Shown: positions 1 through 14,540, numbered from the stretch's first letter. The stretch: 64,000 nt of DNA from Camelus ferus (GCF_009834535.1 NC_045697.1:42410001-42474000); one strand, 5' to 3'. The notes: generated by a model from the letters alone, not told the origin. Numbers and translations are program-made.

Positions 1-934
1 TATTTTTTTAAAATAATTCTTTCATAATATTGATAAAGGCTTTTCATTGAATACATTTAAAGAGCTTCACAAATTTTTCATTAAACACCCAAGTGGGAAG
101 GGCTTCATGAAAAGTCATTTTTCTTTTCACAGTTAGAAAAATCTCACCTCATCTACAAAAAGATTAACGCAACAATTTCTATGCAAACAAGGTTTAATTT
201 AAATGAAACCATGGAGAAATCATAGTAGGTCAATACACACTGTCTAGAGTCCTAAAGATAATAACCTTTGTCCATGCCTTTGATTATAATTAATACAAAA
301 ATAAGGTGGATATTATCAAAGTAAAGGCCACCAAGTAGCAACAGAAAGTAAACAAAGTTTGTAAAATATCATTCAAAGATGTCTTTCAGAAAATTGTTTA
401 GGTAGTCATATTTTGTTTTTAAACTATATTCTTATTCTTATAGTCGGTCAGCTTGTTGGCAAAATATAGGTGCAAATTTTCATAATGGCATTAAAAGATA
501 GATTTCATTAGCAATATTACCTGGGCTTCTACAAGGTAAAATATGCACCCTCTGTAAGAACTTGTCTAGCACTGTGAATAACAATCATCTCCAGAGTCAT
601 AGGGCATATTCTGACTTAAGAGCTGTAGAACCTTTAACTCCTCTGTGCTTCAGCTTTTTCATCTATAAAGTAAGGACAGCACCTACAGCTTAAGGTCAAT
701 ATGCAACTTAAATAATACAGAAAAAAAAATTACTTAGAGTAGTTTCTGACAAATAATACATCGCCAGTAAATTTCAGTTATTTTCATTTTCTCAGCTTTT
801 GAATTCACCAGTTTAGTTTTTAAAAACATGAAAAATCTGGAATGACCATAAATTATTGACCTTAATAATCAGTCATAGTGAATTCATTTAAAGTGCATGC
901 ACTCATCAAATTAGATCACAAAATTGACTATCTT

Positions 935-2340
935 AGTAATAAACACATAGATCAATGAAACAAAATAAAGGATCCAAAAATAGACTCACATAAATATGCT
1001 TACGTGATTTTTGACAAAGCTACAAGAGTAATTCAATTGATAGCCTTTTCAACAAATGATTATGCAGCATTTGTTCATCCATAGGCAAAGAAAAATAAAT
1101 CTTGATTTAAATGTTATACCTTACATAAAAATTAACTCAAAGTATGTAGTATATAAAAATTAATTCAAAGTAGATCATAGACTTAAATGTAACACTTGAA
1201 ATTGTAAAGCTTCTAGGAAAAAAATACACAGTAATTCTTCAGAATCTAGAGATAGAGTTCTTAGAATTGGTGCCAAAAGCATTATCCCTGAGAAGAAAAA
1301 CTAATAAATTGGATCTCATCAAAATTTAAAATTTTGCTCTATGAAAGCCCATGTGAAGAGGATATACAGATGGCAGAAAAGCACATGAAAAGACATTCAG
1401 CATCATCAGCCATTAGGGAAATACAAATCAAAACCACAATGTCATTTCACAACACACCTATTACAATGGGTAAAATAAAAAAGAGACAGCACCAAAGGCT
1501 AGCAAGACTGTGTTCAGAAACCGGATCATTCATACCTAGCTGGCAGGATGTAAAATGACACAGCCATTCTGAAAAGCAATTTGGCAGCTCCTTATAAACT
1601 AAACACTCAGCTACCATACAACCCAACAATTGTACTCCTAGGCCTTTATCCCAGAGAAGGGAAAATTTACATTTGCACAAAAACCTGTACATGATGTGCC
1701 TAGCAGCTTTATTTGTAATAGCCCAAAACTGGCACAGCCCAGACGTTCCTCAACAAATGAAAGGCTAAATAAATTGTGGGATACTACCAGAAATTAAAAA
1801 AAAAAAAAGAAGAAACCGTGCATACATTCAACAACCTGGATGAATCTCCAACAAATTATACTGTGTGAAAAAAAAAAACCCAATTCCAAAATCCAACTAT
1901 GATATGTACGATTCCAACTCTGTAACACTCTGGGAAAGGCAGAACCATGGAGACAGCAAAAGGATCTGTGGTTGCAGGAGGTGGGGAAAGGAAGGGATGA
2001 AAAGGCAGGGCACAGAGGCTTTGGGGGACAGTGAAGCTACTTTATGTGATACTATGACACATACGTTTGTCCAAACCCATAGACTGTGCCACACCAAAAG
2101 TGAATGCTATGTAAAACACAAAAACTATGGACTTACATATAAGCCATGGGTTTTGGGTGATAATGATGTGACGATGCAGGTTCACGGATGGTAATACATG
2201 TGCCACTCCAGTAGGGGATGTTGGTAATGGGGGAGGCTATGCATGTACTGGGGCAAGGGGATAAATGGAAACTCTTGGTATTTTCTGCTCCATTTTGCTG
2301 TGAATCTGAAACTGCTCTAAACAAGAAAGTCTACTTTTTA
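935..2340 (+). mobile_element. Old L1 fragment (ORF2 3' part plus 3' UTR), degenerate, with internal deletion
   Basis: ORF 1334-1558 reads EEDIQMAEKHMKRHSASSAIREIQIKTTM, the L1 ORF2 C-terminal region. L1 3' UTR-type text follows (acaacctggatgaatctc; ttttgctgtgaatctgaaactgctctaaa). Confidence 0.85.
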
Positions 2341-2760
2341 AAAGGCTACCTAGTGTATGATTCCATTTATATAACATTATTTAAATGGCAAAATACAAAA
2401 ATGAGGAACAGATTAGTGGTTGTTTAAAGAGGATGTCGGGGCAGGAGGGAGGTGGGTGTGGTTATAAAGGGACAATGTGAGGGATCTTTGTGATGTTGGA
2501 ACTGTTCAGTGTCTTGACTATGGTGGTGGACACATGAACCTACAAAGTGAAAGAACTATACAGAAGTTGATATACACACATTCATTCAATACAAGTGCTA
2601 GTCCAAGTAAAACTGGACTATGTCCAGTTGTGTCCATGTCAACATCTTGGCTGTTATTACACCACAGTTGTTACCACTGGGGGAAACTAGGCAAAGTACG
2701 CAAGAGATCACTCTGTATCATTTACTACAACTGCATGTGAATTGTAATTACCTCAGTTTT
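2341..2760 (+). mobile_element. Second old L1M 3' UTR fragment
   Basis: tgtatgattccatttatataaca...aacagattagtggttg...gtcttgactatggtggtggacacatgaacc, typical of ancient L1M 3' ends. Confidence 0.65.
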
Positions 2761-2984
2761 AAAACTAGACTACCTTAAATTCTCCAGCAGGCTTTAACAA
2801 TGCCATACAAACTTGCCTTCTTGACTTTGCTTTACAATGTTGACTCTGCAGCTAAGGGCATTAGCAAATGAACATGACACACTTTTACTCTTTGAGAACA
2901 GAAAGTTATTCTAGCCATCAAAATTGCTTGGGTCCTGGTATTGGAGGCTTGTGTCACCTTGCCTGTGAGGTTGTGCAGCCCTAC

Positions 2985-3071
2985 CTTCCAGAGATCAAAG
3001 GAATCGAAGTCCACACAGCAGGTCCTGCCAGTGTTCGGTGGCCCACAGCCTTGTTGATGTCACTAAAACAT
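2985..3071 (-). other. Candidate 87-nt internal exon of an unidentified minus-strand gene
   Basis: Minus strand catttcacag|ATGTTT...GGAAG|gtaggg in non-repeat sequence. The polypyrimidine tract is weak. Only one frame is open (CFSDINKAVGHRTLAGPAVWTSIPLISG). Confidence 0.3.
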
Positions 3072-3688
3072 CTGTGAAATGATCTGCTCGACTAGGTTGA
3101 AATGGCAAGTTACCTTCCAAGGAAAAAATTTTATACCATGGATAATTATATTACAAAGATGCAGCTAGCCACCAACAAAAATATTATGGCATAAAGCGGG
3201 TAGTAATGAGAATTGGAAAAAGCTATAAAGAGAATTTCTTTCTCTTCAGTAACCAAAGGGGTGCACTTCTGGCATTCTCTCAGAAATAAAAAGAGAATCA
3301 ATCTGGATGCCTGTAAGGTGGTCACTGCTTAAAAATGAACTCATTTAACCATGAAATTGCATTTATTATCTAAAGTGTAAAATGCAAAGATTTTCATGGG
3401 ATCTAATTGATCCTATCTGACAACAAATGTCAGACTTTGATACCAATGGAAGGGAAATGTTAACTATTACACTAAGAAACATCAGAGTCAGAGTATGAAT
3501 GAAGGAGAAGTATGGAGCAAGGGAGGACAACAGAGTGGGAGACTGGTTTATTCTTTGCTTTTAATTTTCACTTTTTTTTTTTTTTGCCCTTTTCTCTTTC
3601 TCCTTCTACTTCTCTACCCCTTCTCCTCCTTATTGTCTATTTGTTGTTTTTAAGATTCCTCATTCAACCCCCATCTCCCAGCTCTTAC

Positions 3689-3900
3689 CTGAGTGGTTCA
3701 TTTCCGGTCTTCAGGCACAACTAAATGTTCTGACGGACTTGGGGAAATGGGTGAAGGAAGGAAATATAGAAATCCATTTGCATTCAGGACTGAGAAGCAA
3801 GCCCTTTGGGAAGGAGTATGTTCAAAGAACATCAATGACTTGGCCCAAGAACAAAAGCTTAGTCACTGGCAAAGAGAAAACAGAGTGTATGTCACAAGCT
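3689..3900 (-). other. Candidate first exon (5' boundary uncertain), may encode MNHS + phase-1 intron
   Basis: Strong donor CAG|GTAAGA at 3689/3688 and ATG at 3701. It lies immediately downstream of a promoter-like motif cluster. Confidence 0.45.
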
Positions 3901-3916
3901 GTCTGCCCTGATGCCT

Positions 3917-4147
3917 TGACTCAGTCCTGGCTACGTCTAAGTTAATGTGTGCTCCTTTCACTAAAACCTCTAAGGCACCCAGACCAAGCAGCACCAGTTT
4001 GATATCCACGTGACCAAAATAAACCCAACACAGGAGAGACAGCCTCCCTCCTCAGCAGAGGGAAGCTGCGTGTGGCTGAGGGCCCCACACGTCACCGAGG
4101 TCTCACATAGCACGGTGCTGCCTTAGGACGTCCCAGGGCAGGATTGG
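3917..4147 (-). promoter_or_regulatory. Promoter-like motif cluster
   Basis: AP-1 TGACTCA 3917-3923; E-box CACGTGAC 4007-4014; TGACGTG (minus) 4088-4094; CCAAT (minus) 4143-4147. Local rise in GC and CpG. Confidence 0.5.
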
Positions 4148-6684
4148 CACTTGTTGCTGGTGCCCACCCAGTAGGAGGCTGTGGAAACCAGAAGCAGCTA
4201 GCAAAATGACTTTACATAGGTATCAACAGTTAAAAAGGAGCATCTGTGAGGTCACCAGAGACACCTCCAGAAATGTATAGAAAAGATACAAAAGGTAACA
4301 GAAACAATGAAATAGTAAAATATCCAGAAAAAAAAGCATAATTTACTGTAATTAATACAAGTACATTTTTTTTCCCTTAAGCTGGAGTAACTCAGGGACA
4401 TACAAGTTTCAAGTACACGCAGTATTGCTGAATCGGAATAAACTGACCTCGGTCTCCACCCAGATCTCACTGAGTAGCCCCTATATGCGTCTTCCTATTC
4501 ATTACACAGTAAGATACAGCTTTCTACACTGACAGGTTTTTATACCAGCATATAAATGTGCTTGTAAAGAAAAACTTCAAAATATAATTTCATATCTATA
4601 ATAATTGTCTGTAATGATTTGAAATGAAGCACATAACAAACTGCCCAATAGATGTGATCTTCTACCCCTGAGCAAACTCTGAGATATACTCAAAGATATA
4701 AAACGAAATTTACTCATAAAAGAACATCCGGGTCATACTCACAGCACCTTCCAATTTGTTCCATGATATTACCTATCTAATAAATTCTGTCTTCCTAAAT
4801 GGAAAATTCCATGGCCCTTTGGCCATTATCTACACATCTGAATTGCACTCCCTTCATAACATTCCTTAAACATCAGTCCCTTCCTTACTCTATTTCATGC
4901 CCTTTTGCTTTTGAACTATTATACCCTTGGAGCGTTTCCTTTCATATGCCATTTTTATACTCCAAACTTCATCTGCACTAGTCGTGTTCACCTTTCATTT
5001 CCTTCTCAGGAATGAACACTGACCTCGTTTTCTTAGTTTCCACAAGGAGCAATGACCTAAAGATCTTTTATCATCATTGCTGTCTTTATTGATGCTTCGT
5101 TACCATTCCTGTCATATGAGGTTCAGAATCATGCACAAAGCTCCAAGTGGGATAGCTTCCCATCCCTTTGAAATGCTTTTATCATGATGTGTACCTGACT
5201 TCCATTTGTGGTCCTGATTATTAAGATGCTACTGATCTTTCTGCTTCATCTCACCTATAAAGCTTGTTACTAATATCCCCTTAAGAATTGCTATTTTGAT
5301 ATATATTTCTTTGAAAGCTTTGGCCTAATTCTTTTCTCCATTTTCCTGAAAGTTTTCTATGTGGTTTCTAATGTGACATATAACAAATGCAATGCTAAAC
5401 ACATTTTTCTTAGTACAAAAATCAATAACGTAATCATGTTCTTCTAATTAAATCAATTTACATAAATGTTTTATCTCACCAGAATATCACATAATGATCT
5501 TCTATATGGTATGTGTCACCAAGGGAAAGAGAGCCAGGATAAAGAGAATGAATCGAAAGAGTAGTGTAGAGCCATCCCCCACTGGAAGAGGAATCCAAGA
5601 AATTTTATTACTGCTTGTGGACCAGTAAAGCCAGTTCTATATAATGAGCATACTGTGTGGTTACATGACTTGAAAGTGTTCACAAAGCAATACAAAAATA
5701 CAAAATTTGCAACTGAACAATAACTTAAAAATTCAGAGAAACTATATTTAATTATCAACTTTGGTTTTCGTACTTTGACTTCCTCTTGGTGTTGCTTTAA
5801 TTTCATAGTTCTGAGAATTAGGTGGTGAAAAGTGCCTAAGCACAAATTGTTCGTGGTTACGTACAAACTGATTACTGCACAGGAAAGAGAAGTCATAGCA
5901 GCCACAGTCACACTGCAGATAGTCGTTTGCTTATCACCTTATAACCCTTTGCAGTTCTGCCTTTCCCTGTTTCATATTCCAGGAAAAATGACAATTAGTG
6001 AACTCTGAGAAGTGTCATCTTCTTTTTCCTTCCTCACGAAGGGGGAAGGAAATTAACGTGTTCAAAATTACTTATCACATCCATATCTTATCTGCAATGT
6101 TCAAGGCAGAGGGGGAAAAAACTCCTTGGGCATTTTCCCAGAAACACAGAAATAGGCAACTCATACAGGTAAAATAGGAACACGTTAGCAAAATGGTCAT
6201 AACAATCCATCTTCCTGCTTACTTCTTTTTATGTATTTCTTTCTTTTACATATTTTCACCTTTTTCTCTTACACGTCCCACTCCTAACTGTTCTTACCTA
6301 AGAAAGTTCCTACAGAGTGTACCTCTGTTCAATGGAACCCATTTCTGTTAAATTCTAGAAGTGAGAATTGAAGGAGGAAGGACATATATTTTTCATATTT
6401 TTAGTCTCAGCATGTAGTAAAACACTTGCTACATAATTGGCACCCAAAAATGTTGAATGAATAAAATATAATATGGACATGCTATAGTCCACTTCTAAAT
6501 CATGCTTATAATTTGACATCTCACTACCAAATTATTATAAACTATGCCAAATATAGGTAGTGAAATAACTTTAGATGATTTTCTATTTCTCTCTTCAGGG
6601 TTTACTATCATGTTTTATCATTACGACTTCTAATCATCTGTGATAGACAACAAACTTCATAGAAATGTGAGCTGAATTATACAT

Positions 6685-6915
6685 AGTACTGTGGTTAAAA
6701 GTGCTGACTCTGGAGCTAAGCTGTCTGAACCCAAATCCTTGCTCCACCACTTACCAGCTGTTGACATTAAACACCCTAATTTATTACTCCATGTCTTAGT
6801 CAATCCATCCGTTATAACACTACCAACTTCACTGAGTTGTATGAATATTAAATGAGCTAATATTTATAAACCATATAAAGTAGTGTCTGGCACATGGTAA
6901 GGACTATATAAATGT
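6685..6915 (+). mobile_element. MIR SINE
   Basis: gtggttaaaagtgctgactctggagc...ctccaccacttaccagctg...attaaatgagctaatat...agtgtctggcacatggtaag. Confidence 0.8.
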
Positions 6916-9589
6916 TTTTAAATGTTGTTTTCTGAGATACTACCACCAGTTAGTCAACCAAGAAGAATTTACTAAGGATTTGTTATAGACAAAAAAAGTC
7001 ATGGTAGGCTACTAAAATATCTCTATGAAACCATCCCATGCTAGAGGTAGTGTTTTAATTCATGTTGCCTATCAAGACCCAAGAATAATTGATTGCATGA
7101 TGATGGGGATAAGTTATAAAACTGAACTTCTCCTCTCCATTTGCCTCTCCCTGTTCATATTCACACAAAAATTTTATAGTAGTATTTCCTCTTAAAATCT
7201 GGAAATGTTCTTTAAAGCAGGTTATTTCTCCTTGCCAAGTAAAGGAGGCTTTGCCCTCTAGCAATATGGAGAACAAGATATCCTGAAAAATCCTTCCAGA
7301 TCAAACACCAATGCAAGATGACTTGCAATAAAGATTCTTTTCAACACAAAGCTAAGAATCCAAAAAGTAAAGGAAATTCTCAGAGGTCACAGAATGAAGA
7401 AGAAGCAGGAATTCAGTGTAATAAATTGGTACTTCTGCCCTAAGGATATGTCCTGGAACCTAGACCCTTACATGTTAAGGCTACACTGGATGAATCAGAG
7501 AGAAATTCTCCACAAGATGGCAACTTTTATTATCAAGCTAGAGTAAATATGACTGTTCAGTAATGCTGCAGGAAATCTAGTATGGCTATGTTAATATCAG
7601 ACAAAGACAGACCTTAAGGCAAAAAGAATAATCAGGATTCACTACCTAATGATAAATTTTTTATTATAAAGGAGCATCCAATGTGTCCAAATATGTATCC
7701 TCCCAATAACACAGTTCCTATGGCAGACAAGCCAGCTATTCACCAAACATGAGACAACAGCTGGACTGTACTTTCTAGCCTCCCCTCTGTTAGGTGGGGC
7801 CATTTGAACAGATCTCACCAACAGAATATAGTGTTTCATCTCCATGACAAGGGGATGGTCCTATATACCACACAGAACTATTTGTTTAGCAATTCACATT
7901 TATTCAATGCAGATTATTATTATTATTAGAAATATTTAGATATTAAGACAAAGTCCTAACTCTCAAAGAGTTTCGAAATTTTCATAAGACACATATAGAA
8001 ACAAGCAAGTATAGAGCAACAGTAGTTGCTATAACATATTAGAAAAATGTACAAAGCACTACAGAAACTAAGATGAAGAAGCTCATTCAGTCATGGCTTC
8101 ATATCACAGAGGAACTGACATTAGAGCTAATTAATGAAAGCAGGTAAGACGAAAAGATTAAGAGGCCAACACAGAAGTAGGAGCGTCTATGGCTAGTTTG
8201 GAGAAGAAGAAATAATTCAGTGTGACCAGAACACAGGACCCACGTGGAGAAAGGGTGATCTGACCTAAGGGCAGTGGCAAAGAGCATGGAGAGGAAAGAC
8301 TGTGTTCCAGCCGTCTCGAAGAAGTCAAGGGAAACAAACGGTCTACCAAGAAGTAAGGAAGAAGGTGACATGCAGGATTACACTGCAGTGGCATTCTCTG
8401 GGAAGGAGATTAGAAAAGTAGGTTATGAAGCAGGTGTGTCTGAATCTGAGGAGAATGTATTAACTGAGAATCGTTTGTGGCTCTTAGGTAACTGGGCCAG
8501 TGGGTTTACATACATTTGCCTGGAGAATGTTTGCCAAGCATGACCTAGTTTTACCTCAGATGCTTAGCAATCTGGTGCTAAGTACCGGGACAATCTAAGG
8601 GTCTAAGTCAGAGGGTGACCAAAATCCTAATTATTTGTAAAATGTCTCCTCAGTAAACTAGTAATCAGTCTGGGTTGGTGAAGCATTTCTAAATCTTTGC
8701 GACCAGACTCTCTGGGGGCATGCTAACCTTTTCTCAGAGAAAAACAATCTGGGCCAGGGAAAAAGAAACAAGAAAATCCACTTTGTGTTTTAATCATTTC
8801 TATTCAAGACCCAGTAGAGCAGAACTGTCTATTATATGCAGAATACTGAACCGTGCTGGGGCTCAATCCTTTGTGGAATCTTCTGAATCAATCTTAGGGG
8901 ACGTCCAAGGCAAATTCCTCCCTGCTTCAGTCCCTCTCATGACCCACGCTATTTTCTCACTGTAAAAGTACCAGAACTATTTTGCCTTCGTGGAGAGAAA
9001 AAGAACTAACCTATCATGGGGCTCAAACTACAGTTCCGCTGCCACCTGAGCAAGCTTGAGTTAGCACAGCAGAAATTGCCTGGATCCATACATATATATA
9101 CATATATAGTAACGTATTCAGGCCTAAAGGTTTCTTCCTTCAGGAAAAGATTTGGCATACTGTATAAGAACTAGAATTGTAAAATCTTTGTGATTAAAAA
9201 AAGCATACTTGTGCTTATATTTGCATCCTCAAGGCTACTTTTTCAGAAGCTGGGAATATATGGTATTATGTTCTTTGATATACTAAGAACCACTAATGAA
9301 GGTAGAGGAAAGTATTTCCAAAAAGATCTCCTTTGGGAACCAAATATCCTGAATGAATTACCTAGTTATTTGTTGATGTACAAAGGCAATCATGAATAAA
9401 TCGATATTAGTTTTGTGATATTTATCAAGTATAGTTCAAGAAAAAAAAAAAAAGGTATATTTGTGGAATAGTGATCTGCCCAGACAGTGAGACCTGAGTA
9501 ACACATTAAGGACCCATTTGCCAACAAGCTGGTTAGTTGAATTTCCCAACTTGGAGGCCCTGTCTAGAAAAAGAAGTACTGTTTTCACA

Positions 9590-10030
9590 CGTCCCCTATG
9601 CTGGATACTTTCATTTGCCCCTCCACATTCACTTTCAACTTCTCCGCCTTGTTCTGTGACCTGAGATGTTGATCTCTGTGTACCACATTCACAGGCTCCC
9701 TTGCCCTCTGCTTCAGATTAAGATCTCCCCAATGGGAAGCAACATCAGGAAACCAGACTGAAAGGAAAGAAAAACAGGAATATTTAATCCTCGCCATCCC
9801 CCTACCCATACCAGCAGCAGCAGTAGCAGCCAGAGCCCAGAGCCTCAAATTCATAGTGACTCCATTCTTCTATCTCTGTCCACAGCTCCTTGCGGGAGGT
9901 CCCTACTCCATGGCAAAGGGCAGTAATCATTTCACTGCAGGCAATGGTCCCAGGGTGGTTCCCTACCACTTCTTAATGTTCTGTCCACTAACCTCATTGA
10001 GTCTACCTTCTGTTTCCTGTTCAAATCTTG
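9590..10030 (+). mobile_element. Ancient ERVL-type LTR (LTR16-like)
   Basis: Resembles LTR16-family consensus (caggctcccttgccctctg...aatgggaagc); highly diverged. Confidence 0.45.
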
Positions 10031-13000
10031 ACCAATAGAACCCCTACGAAAACACACTTTATGTAAGAAAGGAGAATGAAACTAAGCTGAGCTAGTTCTC
10101 CCATTAAACCCTATTCTCCATTCATACATGGGTATGGGTTTTTTCTTGATTAGCCAATATATAGAAAGAACTCAGTTCTCACTCCAAGAGGATGAGACAT
10201 AGAAGAGGCGTTTTTGATGACTGTACAAGTAAAGTGGTTTGCTGAGTGCCCACGGTGGTGAATGTGGGGCAGCTGGAGACAGCAGGAAGAGCAGCAGCTG
10301 GGAGAAGGGACTTTCCAAAAGCAAATAAGGAAGGTAGAGAGTCATCTACTTTGATTCCTACAAGACACAGAGGGATTAATCCACTACTCTGCAATTTTGC
10401 CAGGGGCAAACTTTACTTACCTCTGAATGTCCCCTAATTTTTTAACTCAATATTGAAAGACTTTGATTAATAAAAACTATTGCTCTTTTTTTAACTATTT
10501 TTTCTTTAATTGTTTTTGAACTAAGAACTCAATGCCTATTTTCCATTTGATTATAAGTAGTTCAGAAGTAAAGCTCCAAAAAATACTTATATTCTCCTTG
10601 GTGAGAGTTTCCAAGATTAATACACCAACACACAAAAATAAGCAAAGGTGCAGGTATATATAAGCTATTATACTTCATATCTGGTAACACTACAGCCTTT
10701 CAACTTGCAGCTCATGCCACCTAGTGATACATTTTGGTCTCACAACTTGACAATACCAAGTACAATGATTCCAACTCTGAAAAAGACAATTTGAAAGTCT
10801 TGTTTCTACTTAAATTAATGATTCTAAGGAAATTTCTCATAGTATGCCATCATCTGGCAAGAGTCTTTCAAAGAATGGCACTGGATGGAGGCCTCGTTTT
10901 TGTTTTTTTTAGAATTAAAGTTAAGTAAAAATAAATATTAAAACAAAAACATTTTTTGTTTTATGAGTCTATCAACCTCCTTTCTTCCCTTAAAGTAAGT
11001 CAGTCCAAAAGCCATTCAAGTAAACTGAAAGCAAACCTGTCTGAAAATTAGCATCAGGGAACTGACTGTATTTGGATTGCAGGGTTGATGGGTGCTTTCT
11101 TTTCCTTTACTTCTCAAGTTTCCTACATCGAGTTTGTATTACTTTCATAATTTGCTGGTAGGAACAGAAGTACGGCAGAAGCCTATCTTTGAGATTTCAC
11201 AATATTCTAGGTTTATAGCAAAGTCATATTTCCAGCCAGACCTGGGACTTGTTATATCCAAGAGTAAGCCCCAGGTGTAGACTCCAAGCCACTGCTTTTC
11301 TCATTCCCATCCCCATCTTGTACTGGGCCCATTCACATTGGACTCCTCTTGCCACCATCCTATTCTCTTCCCAATGAATTTATACACTTTTCTAGTTTGT
11401 CCCCAGCACTAGGGTCTGATACAGAAAACCAACCTGCTTGAGTAGGGCTCTGATGCTCCATCTGGTTCCTGCCAGTCTTCCCTCAGCTACAGGGTCAGAT
11501 CCTGCTTTATACCTGCCTTAGGCGAGCTTCCTGATGAGACTGGAAAAAAAGTCCTGTCCACCTGGATTTGATTAACATCTACCGACTCAGTTATTTAATT
11601 CATTTGCCAGATCCTGGTAGCAATACTTTATAAACTATGCACGAATGTGGCATTCACTTTGGACACTGTGCCTTGAGTATTCCTCATCAGAACCATCCAT
11701 TGTATTTAGAGCAGTAACCCCAGCTCCATTTAATTTTCCAATGGCTTTCCAGGAAAGGCTCATTTGTATTATGCGATTAGCAAGGTATCAGCACATAGAT
11801 GATAACAGACGTTACAACAGTGGGCATGATGGCACAGCGATACAATGTAAAGAATAGGAAGAGAAGATGCTCAGTATCTCTTTGGGAGTCCATCTCTCTC
11901 CCATTCTCAGGCCATGTGCCTCAGAGAAAAATTCAACCAAAATTCCAATTCTAGGAGTATGTGATCTAGGCCTGGTAATTCCAGTCCTCCCTTCCCTTGA
12001 CCATAGTGATTGATTCAGGAATAATCCTAGAACCCAAGCTAGGCGGGTAAGTATTGTAGCTTAGATATCTATAAAGTTATCAGAAAATGGACATTCTCTT
12101 TTCCCCAGGATTGTTAGCTAGAAGAATAGTGTAAGCCTAGAGATGTCAGTGGTCAAACCTGTCAGCACATGGAGCCCACAAAATGGAAGAAAAGAGAGTA
12201 GAGAGATTCTAGTGACAATGTTAGAACCCCTGAATAAGGCCCTCCTCTACATTCTCTGTTACTGCTTAGACTGGTCTAAGTTGGAGATACAGAATGGATC
12301 AACAAAATCAAATGCTGAAAAAAGGTATATGGTATGAAGATGAAGAAGAAATGACTGGATTTGATAATTAGAAGATAAGAGAGGACTTGGAGAAAAAATG
12401 AAGATGCAGAAATATGAAATGAGGAAGTGCAGAAGTATTGATTTCTTCAAAAGATTGAACAGTAATAGGTATGAGGAAGGTGAGCTAGGGCAGTGGCTTA
12501 AAAGAAAGCAGACAAGACTTGGTACAAGGAAGGTCAGTATTTAAATAAAACATATTTGAGCTCAAGGGAAAGAGCTGTGGAGATGAGATGGTAGGAAAGA
12601 GAGTTAAAAGAAGGATTAAGAAAGCTTAAACCTGGAAAAGGGTTCAGAACCCTCTTTCCTATAAAAGGAAAAGAAGAAAGTTTAAATAAGAATTAAATAC
12701 AATTTGAAGTTTAAAAAAAAACAGAGAACATGAGAGAATTCATACCTAAGAGCACCTACATTCTCTGTGGTTAGGTGAGAAAATATCCTACTAAGAACTG
12801 TATGGGTTGGGTTAAGGAACCCAGAAAGATAAAGGTTTGAGGCATTGATCACGGGTAGTGAAAGAAGGAGTGAAAGGGCAAGTCATTAGAGATAACTATA
12901 AGACAATTATAACTACATGTCGCTAAATTCCAAAGAAATATTCAAATGAACCAAAACCCACTGGTGCAAAATCTAATTACTTGTTATAAGAATAAAAAGG

Positions 13001-13461
13001 GAGAGTAGAAGACATAGAACCGTTTGAACATAAAAGCATGGGAAGAATCAACCAGGGGACTGGATGAGGAAGTGGAGGTGGAGAAGAGGTACAAGGACTG
13101 GGTCTGGAGGATTCCATCATCTCAGAAGGAGCTCTACGAGAAAAATGCACTTGAGAGTAAGAAGCGATTGAACAAAGATCAAAGAGAGAGGGAGAGAGCA
13201 CCCAAAAGGAATGCAAATAACTCTGAGTCTTTCATTTTCAATTAATAAGTCTCCAAAGAAAACTAGCAGTTGACTTAATTAATACATTATGGCAACCACA
13301 TTATCACTGAGAGAAAACCACTGGGAGCTTGCCTCTGACAACAGCTGTAAAAGTTAAGTGAATTATATGGCAAGAACTGACGTATAATTGATTTATGTCA
13401 ATTATGCCATTAAATATAGTCCTTTGCAGTTTCTTCTCTATTTTTGTTTCGGGAGGTTATG

Positions 13462-13930
13462 ACGCCATTTGCAATGACAACATGGATAGACCTTGAGCGC
13501 ATTATGCTAAATCAGACAGAGGAAGACAAGTACTGTATGATACCACTTATATGTGGAATTTTAAAAAAAACAAACTTATAAAAACAGAGAATAAAATGGT
13601 AGTTACCAGGGGATGAGGGATAGGGATCCAGGACAAATGTTGTTTAAGGGTACAAACATACAAGTAGTAAATAAGCCCTAGAGATATAATGCACAGTGAA
13701 TACAGACAACAATGTTGTATTGTAATCATCAAACTTGCTAAGAGACTAGAATTTCATTATTCCAACCACTTTAAAAAAAGGATAATTATGTAATATTATA
13801 GAGGTGCTAATTATCACTACAATGGCAATCATATTGCAATACATAATTGCATCAAATTAAAATGTTGTAAACCTTAAATTTATACATCATGTCAAATATA
13901 TCTCAATAAAATAAATCAATTAATTAAAAA
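13462..13930 (+). mobile_element. L1 3' end with A-rich tail
   Basis: gccatttgcaa...catggatagaccttgagcgcattatgctaaat...cacttatatgtggaat, then 3' UTR ending aataaaataaatcaattaattaaaaa. Confidence 0.85.
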
Positions 13931-14074
13931 GTCCTCTTTCATATCTCTGTTTAATCATCACAGTATTGACAGGCATTTATTGTACATCATTATCAATGAC
14001 ATGAAAACTTAAAATAATCCACTGCCCTTAGAAATAACATATTCTCTAAAATCATAGATAAATAATCTCCTTTA

Positions 14075-14540
14075 CATTCATCATTATTCACAATAGCCAA
14101 GAGGTGAAAACAACCCAGGTGTCCTTTGGCATATGAATGGATGAAGAAAATGTGTATATGTATAATGGAATATTATGCAGCCTTTAAAGAAAAAGAAGTC
14201 CTGTCACACGCTACAACATGGATAAACCTTGAGGACATTATGCTAAGCAAAATAAGACAGTTACAAAGGGCAAATGCTATATGATTCCACTCATATGAAG
14301 TATCTAAAGTAGTCAAAATCATGGAAACAGAAAATAGAAAGGTGGTTTTCAAGGGCTGGGACCTTGGGAAAGGAAAAATTAGTGTTTAGTTGGGTATAGA
14401 GTTTCAGTTTTCCAAGATGAAAAAGTTCTAAAGATTTTTTGCATAGCAATGTGAATATACTTAAAACTGCTAAACTGTACACTTAAAATGGTTAAAATAG
14501 TAAATTTAATACTAAGTGGTTTTTACCACAATAAAAAAAT
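14075..14540 (+). mobile_element. L1MB-like 3' end
   Basis: cattattcacaatagccaagaggtgaaaacaaccc...ctacaacatggataaaccttgaggacattatgctaag...ttttaccacaataaaaaaa. Confidence 0.85.
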
